From Lama guanicoe (lineage: Eukaryota): 64,000 nucleotides of DNA. This document shows, one piece after another, positions 23,341 to 35,518 of this stretch; positions within the stretch are counted from its first letter, which is position 1; every line of letters begins with the position of its first letter. The notes beneath the pieces are model-generated. The model saw only the letters and a list, made by a program, of their open reading frames with translations, was not told the origin of the DNA and ran no database searches. Where the stretch lies: NCBI GenBank assembly GCA_013239625.1, contig MU054323.1, forward strand, positions 5,507,220 through 5,571,219, given 5' to 3'. The translations under genes and the position numbers were made by a program.

Positions 23341-23730
23341 TGTATTGGTTAAAGTAATACTAGTTTCTCTAACAGGCAAACCCGGAATTCTCAGTGGCTT
23401 GACAAATTAGAATTGGGTTCCTCGCTCATCTCACAGCCCAGTGAAGGTTTTCCGGCTGGGGGTCCTTCCACCAGACCTTCTGTAGCCCGGGCTTCTTCCT
23501 TCCTGTGGCCCCACTTCCTCTGGGTCCTCACAGCCATGTCCTTTCAGCCAGCAGATGGGGAAAGGGGTAATGGAGAGAATGTATTTACTTCCCAACCATT
23601 TCAACTCAGGAGTGACACACATTACTTCTGCTCACGCTCAGTATCAAGGCCACACCCAGCTGCAAGGGCATCTGGGAAAAAGTGCTCATGTGCCCAGGAT
23701 GGAAGGAAGCTGGCTCTGGTAAACTCAAAG
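23341..23730 (-). mobile_element. Old MaLR LTR (MLT1J/K/L-like)
   Basis: 'tgtattggttaaagtaatactag...aacaggcaaaccc...tctcagtggcttgacaa', 'ggagtgacacacattacttctgctcac', 'gcaagggcatctgggaaa'. Confidence 0.65.
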
Positions 23731-24897
23731 TAGTCCCTGCTATGGAAATGCATTGTTCTAAATCCCTTAAATTGACCCAGATTAAGCCAGTTCACCCAAG
23801 AGCTGAGTATCTGGAGAGCATCAGGCAGGCTCTGCAGAATAGCCTCTACAGCACAGCAAGGAGGGGTGCCCTCCGTCCAGAGACAGGAGAGAAACACTCG
23901 GTGGGTGGGAAGATGGAAGAGGATTTCATACTGATGTATGCAAGGTGCTGCTGAGGTCGGCTGCTGGGGCCTGATGGAGTTTCTTTTCAAGGCAGAATCC
24001 AAAAGGAACGTCACTCTGAGGATGTGACACAGTTTTGGTGTCACTGGTATGTTTCCCACTGGGCTTTGTCCAGTGTCCTCGCATCTCTGCACTACAGTAT
24101 GACTTTGTGCCAGCTCCACTCCTATGTGTTTTTATGTGCTGGGCTGGGACTCATGTCACTCACTGTACTTTCCTTTGCTTTGGCTGTTAGAAAGCTTGGA
24201 CTCAGATCACTGCAGCCCCTCTCGAGCAATATGTGAGACATTAAGGGATGTATATTTTGAACCAACATCATACTTGGTTCCACTTATCTTTTCTATTCTT
24301 CCTTCTCCCGTGCCTCATTTTTGGGTTTTTTTTTTTTGAGTTTTTAATGTCTTGCCATAACCCAACTATATTTGTAAACTGCATCCAGTCCATTTGAGGA
24401 ATTCAAGTAAACAAGTAAATAATGGGGTTATCAGCAAAATACAAGAGCAGCAGTGATGCAGGAGCTACCAGAGACAGTTGGGGGCAGACTCTTGCCTTTT
24501 CCCTTTTCCTCTTGCCGAGATCTTGGTGTTCTGGGTGGGGCTGCTTCACTCACGGTGTCTCTTAGTGAGCACATCTCTTCACTGGGCTCTGTGCAGCTCT
24601 GAGTTGTGGCAGCCTTCAAGAAGGCTCCCTCCCAGTTCTTAGGGCACTCACATGTTCAAAGAGGTGCCTCCTCTGGTTTCTGAAGGGGATGGTAATCTCA
24701 GATCTCTCTCTTTTGTAAAGAATGACAAGGGTCATGGATGCCCTCCCACGGGGCTTCTTCTTGTGTCCTTGCATCCAGTGCACCTTCATACCAGTGATCA
24801 CCCTAATAGACCAGCCTCCAACACTCTTCTGACTTCCATGGGCAAGTTAGTCAAGGGGCAGCACTGTGAAAAGAAAGTCTCAGAGAAGCACTACCCA

Positions 24898-25231
24898 CAA
24901 AACAAACAAACAAACAAAACCAAATGAAAACAGATTCATAGATACAGAGAACAAACTGGTGGTTGCCAGAAGGGAGAGGGGTTGATGGGGTGGGAGAAAT
25001 AGGTGAAGGGGCTTAAGAGGTACAAACCTTCAGTTACATAGTAAGTCACAGGGATGTTAATACACTTAAGGAATACTGTCACTAGCATTGCAGTAACTTT
25101 GTATGAGGACGGTTGGTTACGAGACTTACTGTGGAACTCATTACCTAGTGCCTGCAAACATCAAATCATGATCTAGTACACTTGAAACTAACATGATATT
25201 GCATGTCAACTACATTGTAATACAGAGAGAG
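24898..25231 (+). mobile_element. Laurasiatherian L1 3'UTR fragment
   Basis: 'attcatagatacagagaacaaactggtggttgccagaagggagagggg...aagaggtacaaaccttcagtta...gtacacttgaaactaacatgatattgcatgtcaactac'. Possible degenerate TSD agagaagcactaccca / agaggggcactgccca. Confidence 0.85.
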
Positions 25232-25237
25232 AGAGGG

Positions 25238-25400
25238 GCACTGCCCAGCATGGTAGCCACTTGCTCTATGTGACCACAAAACACTTGAGGTGAGGCGAGT
25301 CTGAACTGAGATGTGCTGTGAGTGTAAAGTGCATAGTGAATTTTGAAGACTTAGTATAAATGAAAGAAGATAAATATCACATTAATAACTTATAATACTG
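25238..25400 (-). mobile_element. MER33 fragment
   Basis: 'gcactgcccagcatggtagccac...tctgaactgagatgtgctgtgagtgtaaagtgca...ttttgaagacttagtat'. Confidence 0.75.
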
Positions 25401-26529
25401 AACAGGGATTGTCATCTAATCTGTCACCTCTGAGTCTCCAGATGGGCATTTGCCTGTAAGGGCTTGGCCTGATGCTCTGGAAGAGCCTGGGATTCATGTT
25501 AAAAGGGAGAAATTGGGGATTCTAGACCTCACCCTACAAGTTTTAGTCCTTTGTCTGATGCACTCAGCTCTGAGACTCAGCCCAGAGAACAAAGACTTCA
25601 AGGTATCATTCACCTATCATGTGGGCTTTGTTTTCAAGGACAAAAAAAAATTTATTAACTTAAGGGGAAAAGTCATTTTGGGATTTTTCTTTAGTAAAAT
25701 TAAATATTACCTAGAGCAACTTATCTTTCTCAAGGACAGAAGTTCAATTGCCCACCCTGGGCCCTATGAACAGCAACGAAGATAAAAATATTTTCTTGTT
25801 CAGAGATTATTTCAGTTATCACAGGCACTAAATAGATGGCAAATGAGCAACTGGTTTACCCATGTTTCTTCATGAAGCCTGAATCTGTTGCTTAAGAGAA
25901 TCTGGGAGAAGCTGTTGAGGAAATAAAGGACCAGTGGGTGGAAATGTTTTAAGTACACATGGTAACGCTGATGCCTGGCTCATGGAGAACATATGGAAGA
26001 GCAGGACCTCAAACCACGTGAGCAGGTGCATCTGAGAATCCATACGCTTGCATCACCGATCTACGTCCCTTATGCTGGTGAGCTGGGGAGAGCCCCTCTT
26101 TGCCCTGCAGCCAGAAGATCTTGAACTGCCAAGAGCCCACATCACCCACTCCTTGCATCCTGCCTGGCTCCACATCCCCCCACCAAACTTTTGCCAATTT
26201 CACCCTTAAGCATCTAGCCTCCTGCTCTGGGAAGCACAGCACAGCACGAGCATGTGTCCTCACCCTGAGCCCACAGCTCAGGCCAACAACCTAGTGCTGC
26301 TTATCGTGCACATATGATACGGATGCTTCTTTTGTCATTTCTGTCCTTTTGATCCTCTTGACCCCCAATTTCTCAATAACAACCCTCAATGACTCCTGAC
26401 TCCAGGAAATCAATCCTCCAGTCCCCAGAGGGGGCAAAGACCCCGCCACAAGCAAAGGAATTTATAGAAGGATTCAGTAGAAGCCGCAAATGATTCACTT
26501 ACGGTCATAAGAAAACCATTCATTCATTA

Positions 26530-27320
26530 GCAATGACTCATCCAAAGGAATTCAGAGAGTCAATGAACTTGCGTGGAGAAAATGTCTACCCTTATTTTCA
26601 CTAACCTCTAACTGAACTACAACATTTTCTTCAACTGCAAATGTGGGCAATAAACTGAAGTAGTTTAAGCAACGCCTATGATTTCTCAAAAGCAGAAATC
26701 AGATATTGTAGTATATTATGATTGTTGCAGATTTCTCAACATATTAGTTATTTCAGACATTCATCAGTTATTCAACCCATAAGGAGATCATGCTCTTCAA
26801 TGAGTTAATAAAGAAGCACATATATGACTGTCCCACACATCTGTTTTATTTATATGTTGATAACTATATGTCAATACAATTCATTTCCTTTGTAATCCCA
26901 TAAATTTTATTTTGTGCCTTTAAACATGCTAAGAATGATTCCCACCCTAGTCCGGGCTGCTATAACAAGATACCACGGACTGAATGGCTTAAACAACAAA
27001 GGTTCATTTCTCACGGTGCTGGAGGCTGAGAAGTGCAAGATCAAGACAGTGTCTGGTGAGGAAGCTCCTGCAGATAGCCAGCCACCTTCTTGTTGTACCC
27101 TCACCTCGCAGAGACAGCGCCTCTCTCTCCTAGCTCTTCTCATTAGGGCACTAATCCCATTCATGAGGGCTCCACCCTAATAATCTCCCAAAGGCCCACC
27201 TGCAAATACCACAACATGGGGCATTAGAGCTTCAACGTATGAGCTTGGAGGACACAAACATTCAGTCCAGAGCACGTTCATAGATGCCAAAAGAGTCTAT
27301 GGGGAAGAGGGAAAAGCTGG
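26530..27320 (+). mobile_element. Charlie4-like hAT DNA transposon interrupted by an MLT1A LTR
   Basis: 'ttattttcactaacctctaactgaa', 'ttaataaagaagcacatatat', 'tttcctttgtaatccca'. It resumes after the LTR with 'gatgccaaaagagtctatgg'. Confidence 0.65.
26944..27274 (-). mobile_element. MLT1A-like MaLR solo LTR
   Basis: 'gggctgctataacaagataccac...ggcttaaacaac...ggaggctgagaagtgcaagatcaag...ggcactaatcccattcatgagggctccaccct...ggacacaaacattcagtcc'. Confidence 0.85.
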
Positions 27321-28819
27321 TTTGCCCCACCCCCGCCACCATGACCCCTGGGAAGCATGCCCTGGCCACAAAGACCCCCGTCAGCCATAGTGTCGTCAAT
27401 TATGGCTCTCGAGGCACCTCACAGATCTGAAATCTCCTAGTTCCTCAAGAGGTGATAAATACCCACATTCACAGCCAAAGCCAGAAGCTCAAAAAGTTTA
27501 GACGCAGCTTAGGGGCAGGAAGGGGATGGTGGGTAGGACTGAGTGGCCAGGAGAGCTGGGCTCTGGGGCTCCTCAGGGTCCATGTCTCTGGAAGCAGAGC
27601 AGAGTGGCCTCCACCCCAACTCTGAAGGCCCAGCTAGGCCATGCACAGAGGTAGAAGTCGGGGGGGGGTGCTGCCACAAGACCACCTCCTCGGAGTCTAA
27701 GCCCAGCCCAAAATCTGTCTCTAGCCATGAGGCACCTGCTGATTCCAGACCGACGGGGCAGTATTTTCAACCCTCTCAGGGAAGGAAGAGAAAACTCTTT
27801 TGTGAACATAATTCTAAACTGGGTGAGAGATAGTGGGAGCCGCTCAATTCCCTACCCCTCACACTAATTACACAGTGCTCTGGGTTAATTAATTCGTAGG
27901 AGCGGACCATATCGCTGAGTGTACATTTTTTTTCTGGGTTTCAACTGCTCTACTTCTCAAGTTGAAATTACTTTGCTGCAACTTTTCTTTCTTTCTCTCA
28001 CCTTTAACGCTGTGTGTTTGCATGTTTTCCTTTTGCAGTTTGGGAAAAAAAAATTAAAAAGGGGGGGAAAAAAAGAAAGGTTATTTGATCCTTTGAAGAG
28101 AGAAATCCTGCTCTTGGATTTTCTGCATTGAATTCATTGGAGAGAAAAGAGCGACTGAGTGAACAGAATGGGAAAGGGAGGACAAAGAAGGGTACTGGCA
28201 GCTTTGATCTCCTCCAGGTGGAGGCAGGGTAGCATCCCAGGGCAGGAGGGCCCCCTGAGCCCTTGGAGACCCTTCCAGAGCCAGGCCACACCCACCTCAT
28301 TGGAGAACTCTAGGCTACAGGTTCTTCCTTCAGCCCAGAAGAGGGGAGCATGAGACTGAGCCAGAAATGCTCGTGCCTCCCCTCCTGGTGCTCACCGCCT
28401 CAGGCACTTTGATCAGAGGAATAAAAGCTGAGAACTAAGAAATCATTCTGAGCGCAAGCTGAGAGAGGCAGAGCTGGTAAGCCAGGGAAATACTCTTTGT
28501 AACATGAGCTTGTATTTCTTCCTTCATCTCTAGGCATAAGGAGGGGAGGCAAAATGCATGGTCATCAATATTAGATGAGAAGTGCTTGGAGCTTCTGGGT
28601 CAGCTCAAGCGCTCACTCTAGCCTGAGAATGAGAAAACACCCAACATCAAACTCAGGGCAGGCAGTGAGCAGAAAGCACACAGACTGGTATGGCTGGTCC
28701 CCACTGCAGGGTTCTCTGGAAATGTCCTTCTGGTTTTGGGCAGAGCCAAGATGTCAAGGGGCTGTGAGTCCCACAGGTCAGAAATTAGGACTCAGTTCAG
28801 CTCCGTTTGAAAAACAAAA

Positions 28820-29360
28820 TCCTTAGCACTTCGTAAGTGCTGCGCATTGTGCTAGGGAAAATGGGAGCTGAAAGATGAATGGGAGATGGGGTGCCCAGTA
28901 CACTGATCATAGCTAATTGGTAGGTGCTATAAAAACTGTATTCACAAGGTCCAGGACAGAAAAGAGGAAGTGGGAATGATTGACTGGGACAAGCGACGTC
29001 TGGGAAGGCTTCACCCCAGAGGTGACAGGTAAGCTGGGTTTTAACAAATGAATAGGAAGGAAACATGGCAGAAGAACGATCTTCTACATAGAGAAAACAC
29101 ATGCAAAGACACAGAAACGCGAAACCTCAGGGTGTGCTCAGCAGTTAATCTGGCTGCAGCCCGGCGTCTGGGGAAGTGGGGTGTCTTCATAGATGAGACT
29201 GTGGGAAGGTCACAAAAGACCCATGCCCCACCAAGCCCAGCTCTCTGGGGTTACCCCTGGTGGAGTGCTTTTAAGCAAGAAAGTAACATGATTAGAAGTG
29301 GGCGAGTATGTGAGTGTGCTATGCACATGCGTCCTGACTGCAAGGGTGTAAAATAGAGCG
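28820..29360 (-). mobile_element. L2 fragment
   Basis: 'cattgtgctaggg...gggaaggcttcaccccagaggtgac...agctgggtttt...atgcaaagacacaga...gcttttaagcaagaaagtaacatgattaga'. Confidence 0.65.
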
Positions 29361-32269
29361 ATTTCCTCTTTGGACAGGCCGATTTTAAGGCACCTCCAGA
29401 GGCCCACGCAGGAAAGAGCAGCGGGAGACTTGTTTCCGTAGCTCAGGTGCAGAATCTGTGCTGAAGATGCCGATCTGGGCGCTGCCTGGCTAGTGGTGGT
29501 GGTTGAAATCATGAAGAGGAAGAAACAGACATGAGGCCACAACCTCTGGACCCTGGCTCCGCTGAGTGGCTCTCTGCTTTAGAAATTCCTAAAATGTCAA
29601 ACTGGAAGGGTTCATAGAGAGAGATTAGCCCTCACCCCTCATTTTGCAGGTGGGATGCTGAAGGCTGGTCACCCGACTCCTCTGCCTCAGCCTCGGCCTG
29701 ACTGCCCACTGCATCTCAAAGGTGGGAGGACAAGAGGGAGACAGAAAGGATGCAGGTGGCAAAGGTCAAATTTAGAGGGAGCCAGTCCCTCCCATCCTTT
29801 AGAGGGATGACCAAGAAGATGAGGGGGAGACAGAAGACATTCAGCAGAGCCCGGTCAGGCAGCAGGATGAGAGGGGGAGGTAGGTTCCCTTTTCTCCACC
29901 TAATCAACTCTCCCCCAGCTCAAATGCCATCTCTTCCATGAAAGCATCCCCACAAGCAGAGCCCAGAGTGACCTCTCTCTGCCCTAACCTACACGGGTCC
30001 TTCTCGCATGGTGCACCCACATTGAGCCATAAATCGGAATTATCTGTGTGCATGTCTCACACTGCTCTTGACTGTGGACAGTGGGTGGGCGTCATCATCT
30101 GAATCCCCACAACTGAGCGGAGGGGGGCCAGCCATGGAGTGGGGGCTCCATGGACCAGGGCTGGAGGGCTCGATGCTCGCTGGGAGGACACGAGAGAGCA
30201 AGGCCGGCAGGGCCAGATCCATGGGTGAAACATGAGTAGGCAGACACGGAAAGTGAGATCAGAGCTCCCAAGGAGGGGGCCCAGCCCGGCCGCCACCGCC
30301 TGCCTGAGTCGCAGGCTGAAGCAAACCCGAGAGATCCGACAGCAATCACACCAGCGCTGGCAGAGGCAGGACGGGATGATCTAATAGGTATTTTCCAGGC
30401 TTCATGTGTATTATCCCCAAACAAAATGACAAGTGCTTCCAAGCAGCTCCTCTCTGGTTATGAGCACTATAATTAAGTGCAAAGTACACACCCACCTCAG
30501 TCTGCACAGAGAGGGTGGGGAAGCCAACTACAGCCCAGCAGAGCTGCCTGGCTGAGTCAGTGCGGAGTCCCAGCCTCAGATTGCTGGCCTTCGGACTCAG
30601 GGCAGGGGACCCGGCCTGGCCTATGAGAGCTCCCAGTTCACTCAAGACCCCAGGGAGTCAAGGAGGAGGCGGGGGGCTAGGAGAGGGAGGGCAAGATTCC
30701 AGCCCCTGTTCTGCAATGAAATGGGGGTCCCTTCTCATCTTGAGCCTCCAGTTTTCACCTGCTCTCCCCACCTGGCTACTGTCCACTCCACGTGAGCCTG
30801 GGTCCCCCTGTGATCTCCTGACTGAGGTTAGTCCAGAGCTTCAGACAGCAGCCACGGCTCTGGCAGGCATGGGACGTTCCCTTAGGACCCCAGCAGTGCC
30901 CAGAGCCCCCTCACAGCCAGCCCAGGTCTGCTCACAGGCGGCTTGGGGAACATATGTCTGGATCCCACCAGGGGCATTCGGTAAGCTTCCTCTCCCAGAC
31001 CCAGTGTGGAGCCCAGGCTGGAGGGGATGACTCCTGGGACAGGGACACTGAGCACTGGGTCAGGTCCCCTCCACTCCAAAATTTTAAGAGCTCCTGCCAG
31101 GCTGCAGCAAGCCAAAGGACCCAGACTAGTCAGATCCTCAGAGTGGTCCTGGTGCCTCAACCTCCCCATGCTGTCTCTGTTGGTTTCCAGGGACCCAGAC
31201 CTGCCCTGGGGCCTCTTGGCTGCACTGTAATGACTCGGCACACCACGGTCCCCCAGCCCCCATCCTGGCTGGTCTTCCAGGAATAGATCGTGTGCATCTC
31301 CTCTAGCCCTGGGCTAACCCCAGCTTTTCCTACCAATTGTCCCCCAGGTCCTGCCTGATTTGGGCTGGTTAAGTCCAAGCCAGACTCAGGGAAGGCAGAG
31401 ACAGAAGCAGAGATGGGGGTGCGTATGGCAGTCAGAGCATGAGATTCAACATCTGGAGAGAGTCCCTGGGCACTCAGCTCTCCTCTCCCCATCCTGGAAA
31501 GTGGCCACATTCACAGAGCAGCGAAACGGAAGGCTGCGGGTCCAGCCAAAACTTAGAAAAACAGGCTCAGATGGAGGAAGTTGGAGCACAGGCATCAAGT
31601 CCCGTGGCTCTTCCTCCCTCTCTGCGTCCATCCCCTCTCCACCCCACAATCACTGCTCAGGATCGTAGATGCCTTCTTGCTCCAACACAACACTCCTGCA
31701 CCTGCCAGAGGGACCTTTATAGAGTGGCCTCTTCTTGATATCACCCGCCAGCTGCAAACCATGAGGAGCTCCCCACGCGTGCGAGATAAAACCAGCTTAG
31801 CTTGTTCTCGCCTCTCAAGGCCGTTCCTAAACTACACCTGTCTCATCCCTCACCTCCTCCTCTCCCACACGCTGCTCCCCAGCGAGCTGGGACGTTCTAC
31901 CCCAGACTTCCTTCTGCCTTTCCAAAATTCCCCCAGTGCCACTTCCTCAAGGCCCAGCCTGGCCTTCACTCTGCCAAGAAGCTCGCCCTGACCTGGCCAG
32001 GTCACTCCACCTCCCAGAACTCTCCCCGGCCCTGGGACTCTGCCCCTTGGGCCCCGCTCACATGGGTTTGGGAACTGTGGTCCCCAGCTCTGTCCTCCTC
32101 CCAGTCTACCACCTGCCCCTTCACAGTGGGGGGAGGCTGTGGGGAGGGCTGTTGCTGAGGGGGGAGTCTTGGACCGCCCTTACTATGCCCAAGGGTTGCC
32201 GCCGCTCTCTGACCAGAGACAGCCCACAGAGGGGACCCTGCACCCTACTGTCCGCATTTTCTCCATCTT

Positions 32270-32483
32270 CTGACACAATGTTTATTTATTGTGTGTTTAT
32301 GTCTTCCTTCCCTTCCCCTCACCAAAAAAACACACCAATACTATCTCTATGAGGGGAGAATTGTCTGGTTTTGTTCACAGCTCTCTCCTGTGTCCAGAAC
32401 AGTCTCTAGCCCATGGAAAGCTCTCTATAAACGTTTGTTGAACGAATGAATGAGTGAATGAATGAGTGAATGAATGAATGAAT
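32270..32483 (+). mobile_element. L2 3' end with (TGAA)n tail
   Basis: 'tgtctggttttgttcacagct...ccagaacagtctctagccca...ataaacgtttgttgaacgaatgaatgagtgaatgaatg'. Confidence 0.85.
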
Positions 32484-33519
32484 ACAATCACGAGTACCAG
32501 CCAGGCATCCCCATGTAGGTGGATTCTTTCAATGCGAAGCCCTTGGAGAAACCTGAGCTGAGGCAGGGTCCCTGGCCTGGGGGTCAGGTCGCCGGAAACC
32601 CGGCAGGAGCAATTCTTCACATCCCCGACCTCGGTCTTCCCACCGGTAAAATGAGGGGCTGAGCGGTGGCCACGGCCCAGGCCGCCGAGCGCTGCCCACT
32701 TGCTGGGATGCCGCAGGCCTTGCCCGAGCACCTGCAGCCCAGCGGGCTCTAATTAGGAGCTGGTCTCATCACTTTCATAATTTAATTCTCTCTGGTCAAC
32801 ACCACTTTAATCATGGGCCTCTCGGCCATTTCCCCCCACCTCGTGCCTACGTGGCAAAGGCTCCTTCTTGAATGAAGAAGGCAGCTGACGGGTGAGGCCG
32901 GAGTGCCAGGAGTTGCTGGCCTTTTGTTTCTGTGCCCAGTAGGAGGGGCTGCAAGCAAGATCCAGATCCCAGGGGTGGGTTTGCCCCAACAAGAGTGCAG
33001 GGAAGTGTCGAGAAGCTCAGTCTGAACTTGCCTGTCCGTCACTGTCTTCCCAGGGTACATTGACATCCTGCTCACCTGAGGGACTGGAATTTTTTTAATC
33101 TAGGCTAGAGGTTTACACTGTTTCTACTGTGAATCCAACGTGCTTGTCAGATCAACAAACTGAAACTTCTTTCCAAAGACCACTGTCCTAGGAGGAGGCA
33201 GCCCTCCTTGCACCATCTGTGAGTGGGAGGGACCAGAGCTGAGGCCTCCAAGGCCACGTGGCAGGATTTGACTCGGCAAGAGGAGGGAGGCTGAAGAGGA
33301 CTGGGGCAGGATGAAAGGTCTGAACAAGGCTCCAGGGAAACACCTTTCCGAGTTGGAAGATCCTTGACCCCCGGCTGCAGCAGTCTCCCGGAAGGTCCAC
33401 ACTGGTGCATAACGGACTTCTCAGGGGACCTGGCCCACACGTTAGGCTGGAGAAAAGGACACGGTGTCAAGGCCAAAGAGGCAGGTTAGGGAGAGTGTTT
33501 GTTAGCTTGTGCAGAGATG

Positions 33520-33755
33520 CTCTAAACCAGACCACCTGAGTCCTGACCTAGCTGGACCACCACCTGCTGGCTAGGTAGGTAGGCAGTTTCTCAACATCTC
33601 TCTTCATCTGAAAATGGGACTAACAAATGCACCTCGTAAGGTTGCTATTATGCGTTGAATTATGAATAAAGTCTTAGGCCAGTGCCTGGGACAGAATGAG
33701 CACTCAGTAGATGTTTGCTATCATCATCATCATCATCATCATTACTACTATTATT
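33520..33755 (+). mobile_element. MIR SINE with (CAT)n/(TAY)n tail
   Basis: 'tcttcatctgaaaatggg...cctcgtaaggttgct...cagtgcctgggacagaatgagcactcagtagatgtttgctatcatcatcat'. Confidence 0.8.
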
Positions 33756-35059
33756 CTATATTCCTCCCAAGCACTACAGCCCCACCATCACCACTATCAC
33801 CACTCATGACGTCCCAAATTATCAACATATGGAGCCTCAACATATGTCCTCTGGCCTCCTCTGAACTCCTCCTCTATAGAAATTCTGCAGCTCTCTCTGA
33901 AGGGCCATGTTCTAGTTCCCAGGGCAGCAGAACCCCCAGGCTATGTCTGAGGTCCCCACTATCCTGTAATTGTGAAAATACAAGGCAGCCCATCAGAAGA
34001 AAAATCCATCAGCCTCACAGAAGAGGAGACGCCCCCCCCAGAGGACACCCCTCAGAAGTAAGTAGACAGTAGCTCTGGGGACAGACAAGGTGGATCTGGC
34101 TCCCCAGTGGGAATGCAGAGTCCTTCCTTGGCCCCCTGCGAGCTGCTCTGATCATCCATTTCCTCTCCACGTCTCCCGTTGCCATCTCTTCCTTCTCTCC
34201 AGAAGCTGAGGTTGGAGCACCACACCTAAAGCACCAGCGGTCTGTCCAGACCAATCAAGAATCTGCCTTTTATGGGGGAGACCTACTACCCATCTTTAGC
34301 CTCTGGTTCAGACAACGATTTCAACTGCCAAAAAAAAAAAAATCATGCAAATCAAGGCCAAATTGAAAATCTGTTCCTCACTTCCTCTGGTGCCTAGGGT
34401 CCTTCGTTGGGGAATTTTTAAATGGCTCAGCTCATCTGAAGCCAAGGAAGAGAGAGGAGACAGATGGAGTCATGCATTTTTACAGAGATTCTTAAGAACC
34501 GTCCTTGTGGAAATCCTCTCTGCCCATCCATGCTGCAGTGGGGAAGTCTCATTCCATGACCTACTCTTACTAAAGACATTTCTCCCCGCACCTGACAGCT
34601 CGGGCACATTTCTGTGGGACTCACTTACACAGTGGCCTTCAGGAGGGATGTTTCTCACTCAGCTAACTTGGAAATATCCAAGGCTTGCTTGCCAATAAAG
34701 CAATCTTTTTGCTGCACAACAGAATGCAAGAGCATCAGCTTTAACAAGAAAATGTCCACTGGTAGAGAGACTTCTTGTCAATTAAAATCAACTCCATGCA
34801 AGACATGGAAACACTGGGAGTGAGCCAGTCTCCACCCAACACACTTGTCACATGTCTTCAAGGAAGGTTCAATTTAAAGAGTCCCTGTGATTCCCTTTGC
34901 ATGAGTCTTTCTAAGTAGAGTCTTATGGGCATGGAACTTGGTTGCAGAATTTGACTCAGCATTTAGCCTTCAAATATCCTGCGAATGGAGCCTGGTTTTT
35001 AAAAGCCGCCCTTGGACTATGAACTGTGATCACTCAGCAAAGCCCCAGGTCTTCTCAGG

Positions 35060-35518
35060 CTGGTGGCCTGGGTTCTCCAGAGGGACACAAGGATCTAAGT
35101 AGATATATGGAGAGAAAGGGAGATTTATTTTAAGGAATTGGCTCATGGGAGTGTGGGGGGTTGGCAAGTCTGAAATCTGTAAGGCAGGCTGGTAGGCTGA
35201 TAATTAAGAGTTGACATTTCAGTCTTGAGTCTGAATTCTGCAGGGCAGCAGGCTGGAAACACAGGCAGGCTGTCAATGGTACAGTCTACAGTCTTGAAGA
35301 GAATCCCTTCCTCTTCTGAAAACCTCCAGTCTTAAGGCCTTAACTGATGGGGTAAGGCCCACCCACATTATGGACAGCAATCTGCTTTACTCAGAGTCTA
35401 CTGATTTACACGTTGATCACATCTGAAAAATACCTTTATAGCAACATCTAAACTGGTATTTGACCAAACAGCTGGGCACCATAGCTAAGCCAGTATAACA
35501 CATAAATTAACCATCAGA
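35060..35518 (-). mobile_element. MLT2 (ERVL) solo LTR
   Basis: 'gggttctccagag...gagatttattttaaggaattggctcatg...ggcaagtctgaaatctg...aggcccacccacattatgga...aatctgctttactcagagtctactgattta...acacataaattaaccatca'. Confidence 0.9.

Noticed and set aside
30515..32352. Cluster of long overlapping ORFs (up to 171 aa)
   Set aside because: Pro/Ser/Gly-rich translations in several frames on both strands reflect GC-rich, stop-poor sequence.
33662..34072. 136-aa ORF with poly-His/Tyr tract
   Set aside because: The HHHHHHH-YYYY run is just the (CAT)n/(TAY)n tail of a MIR.
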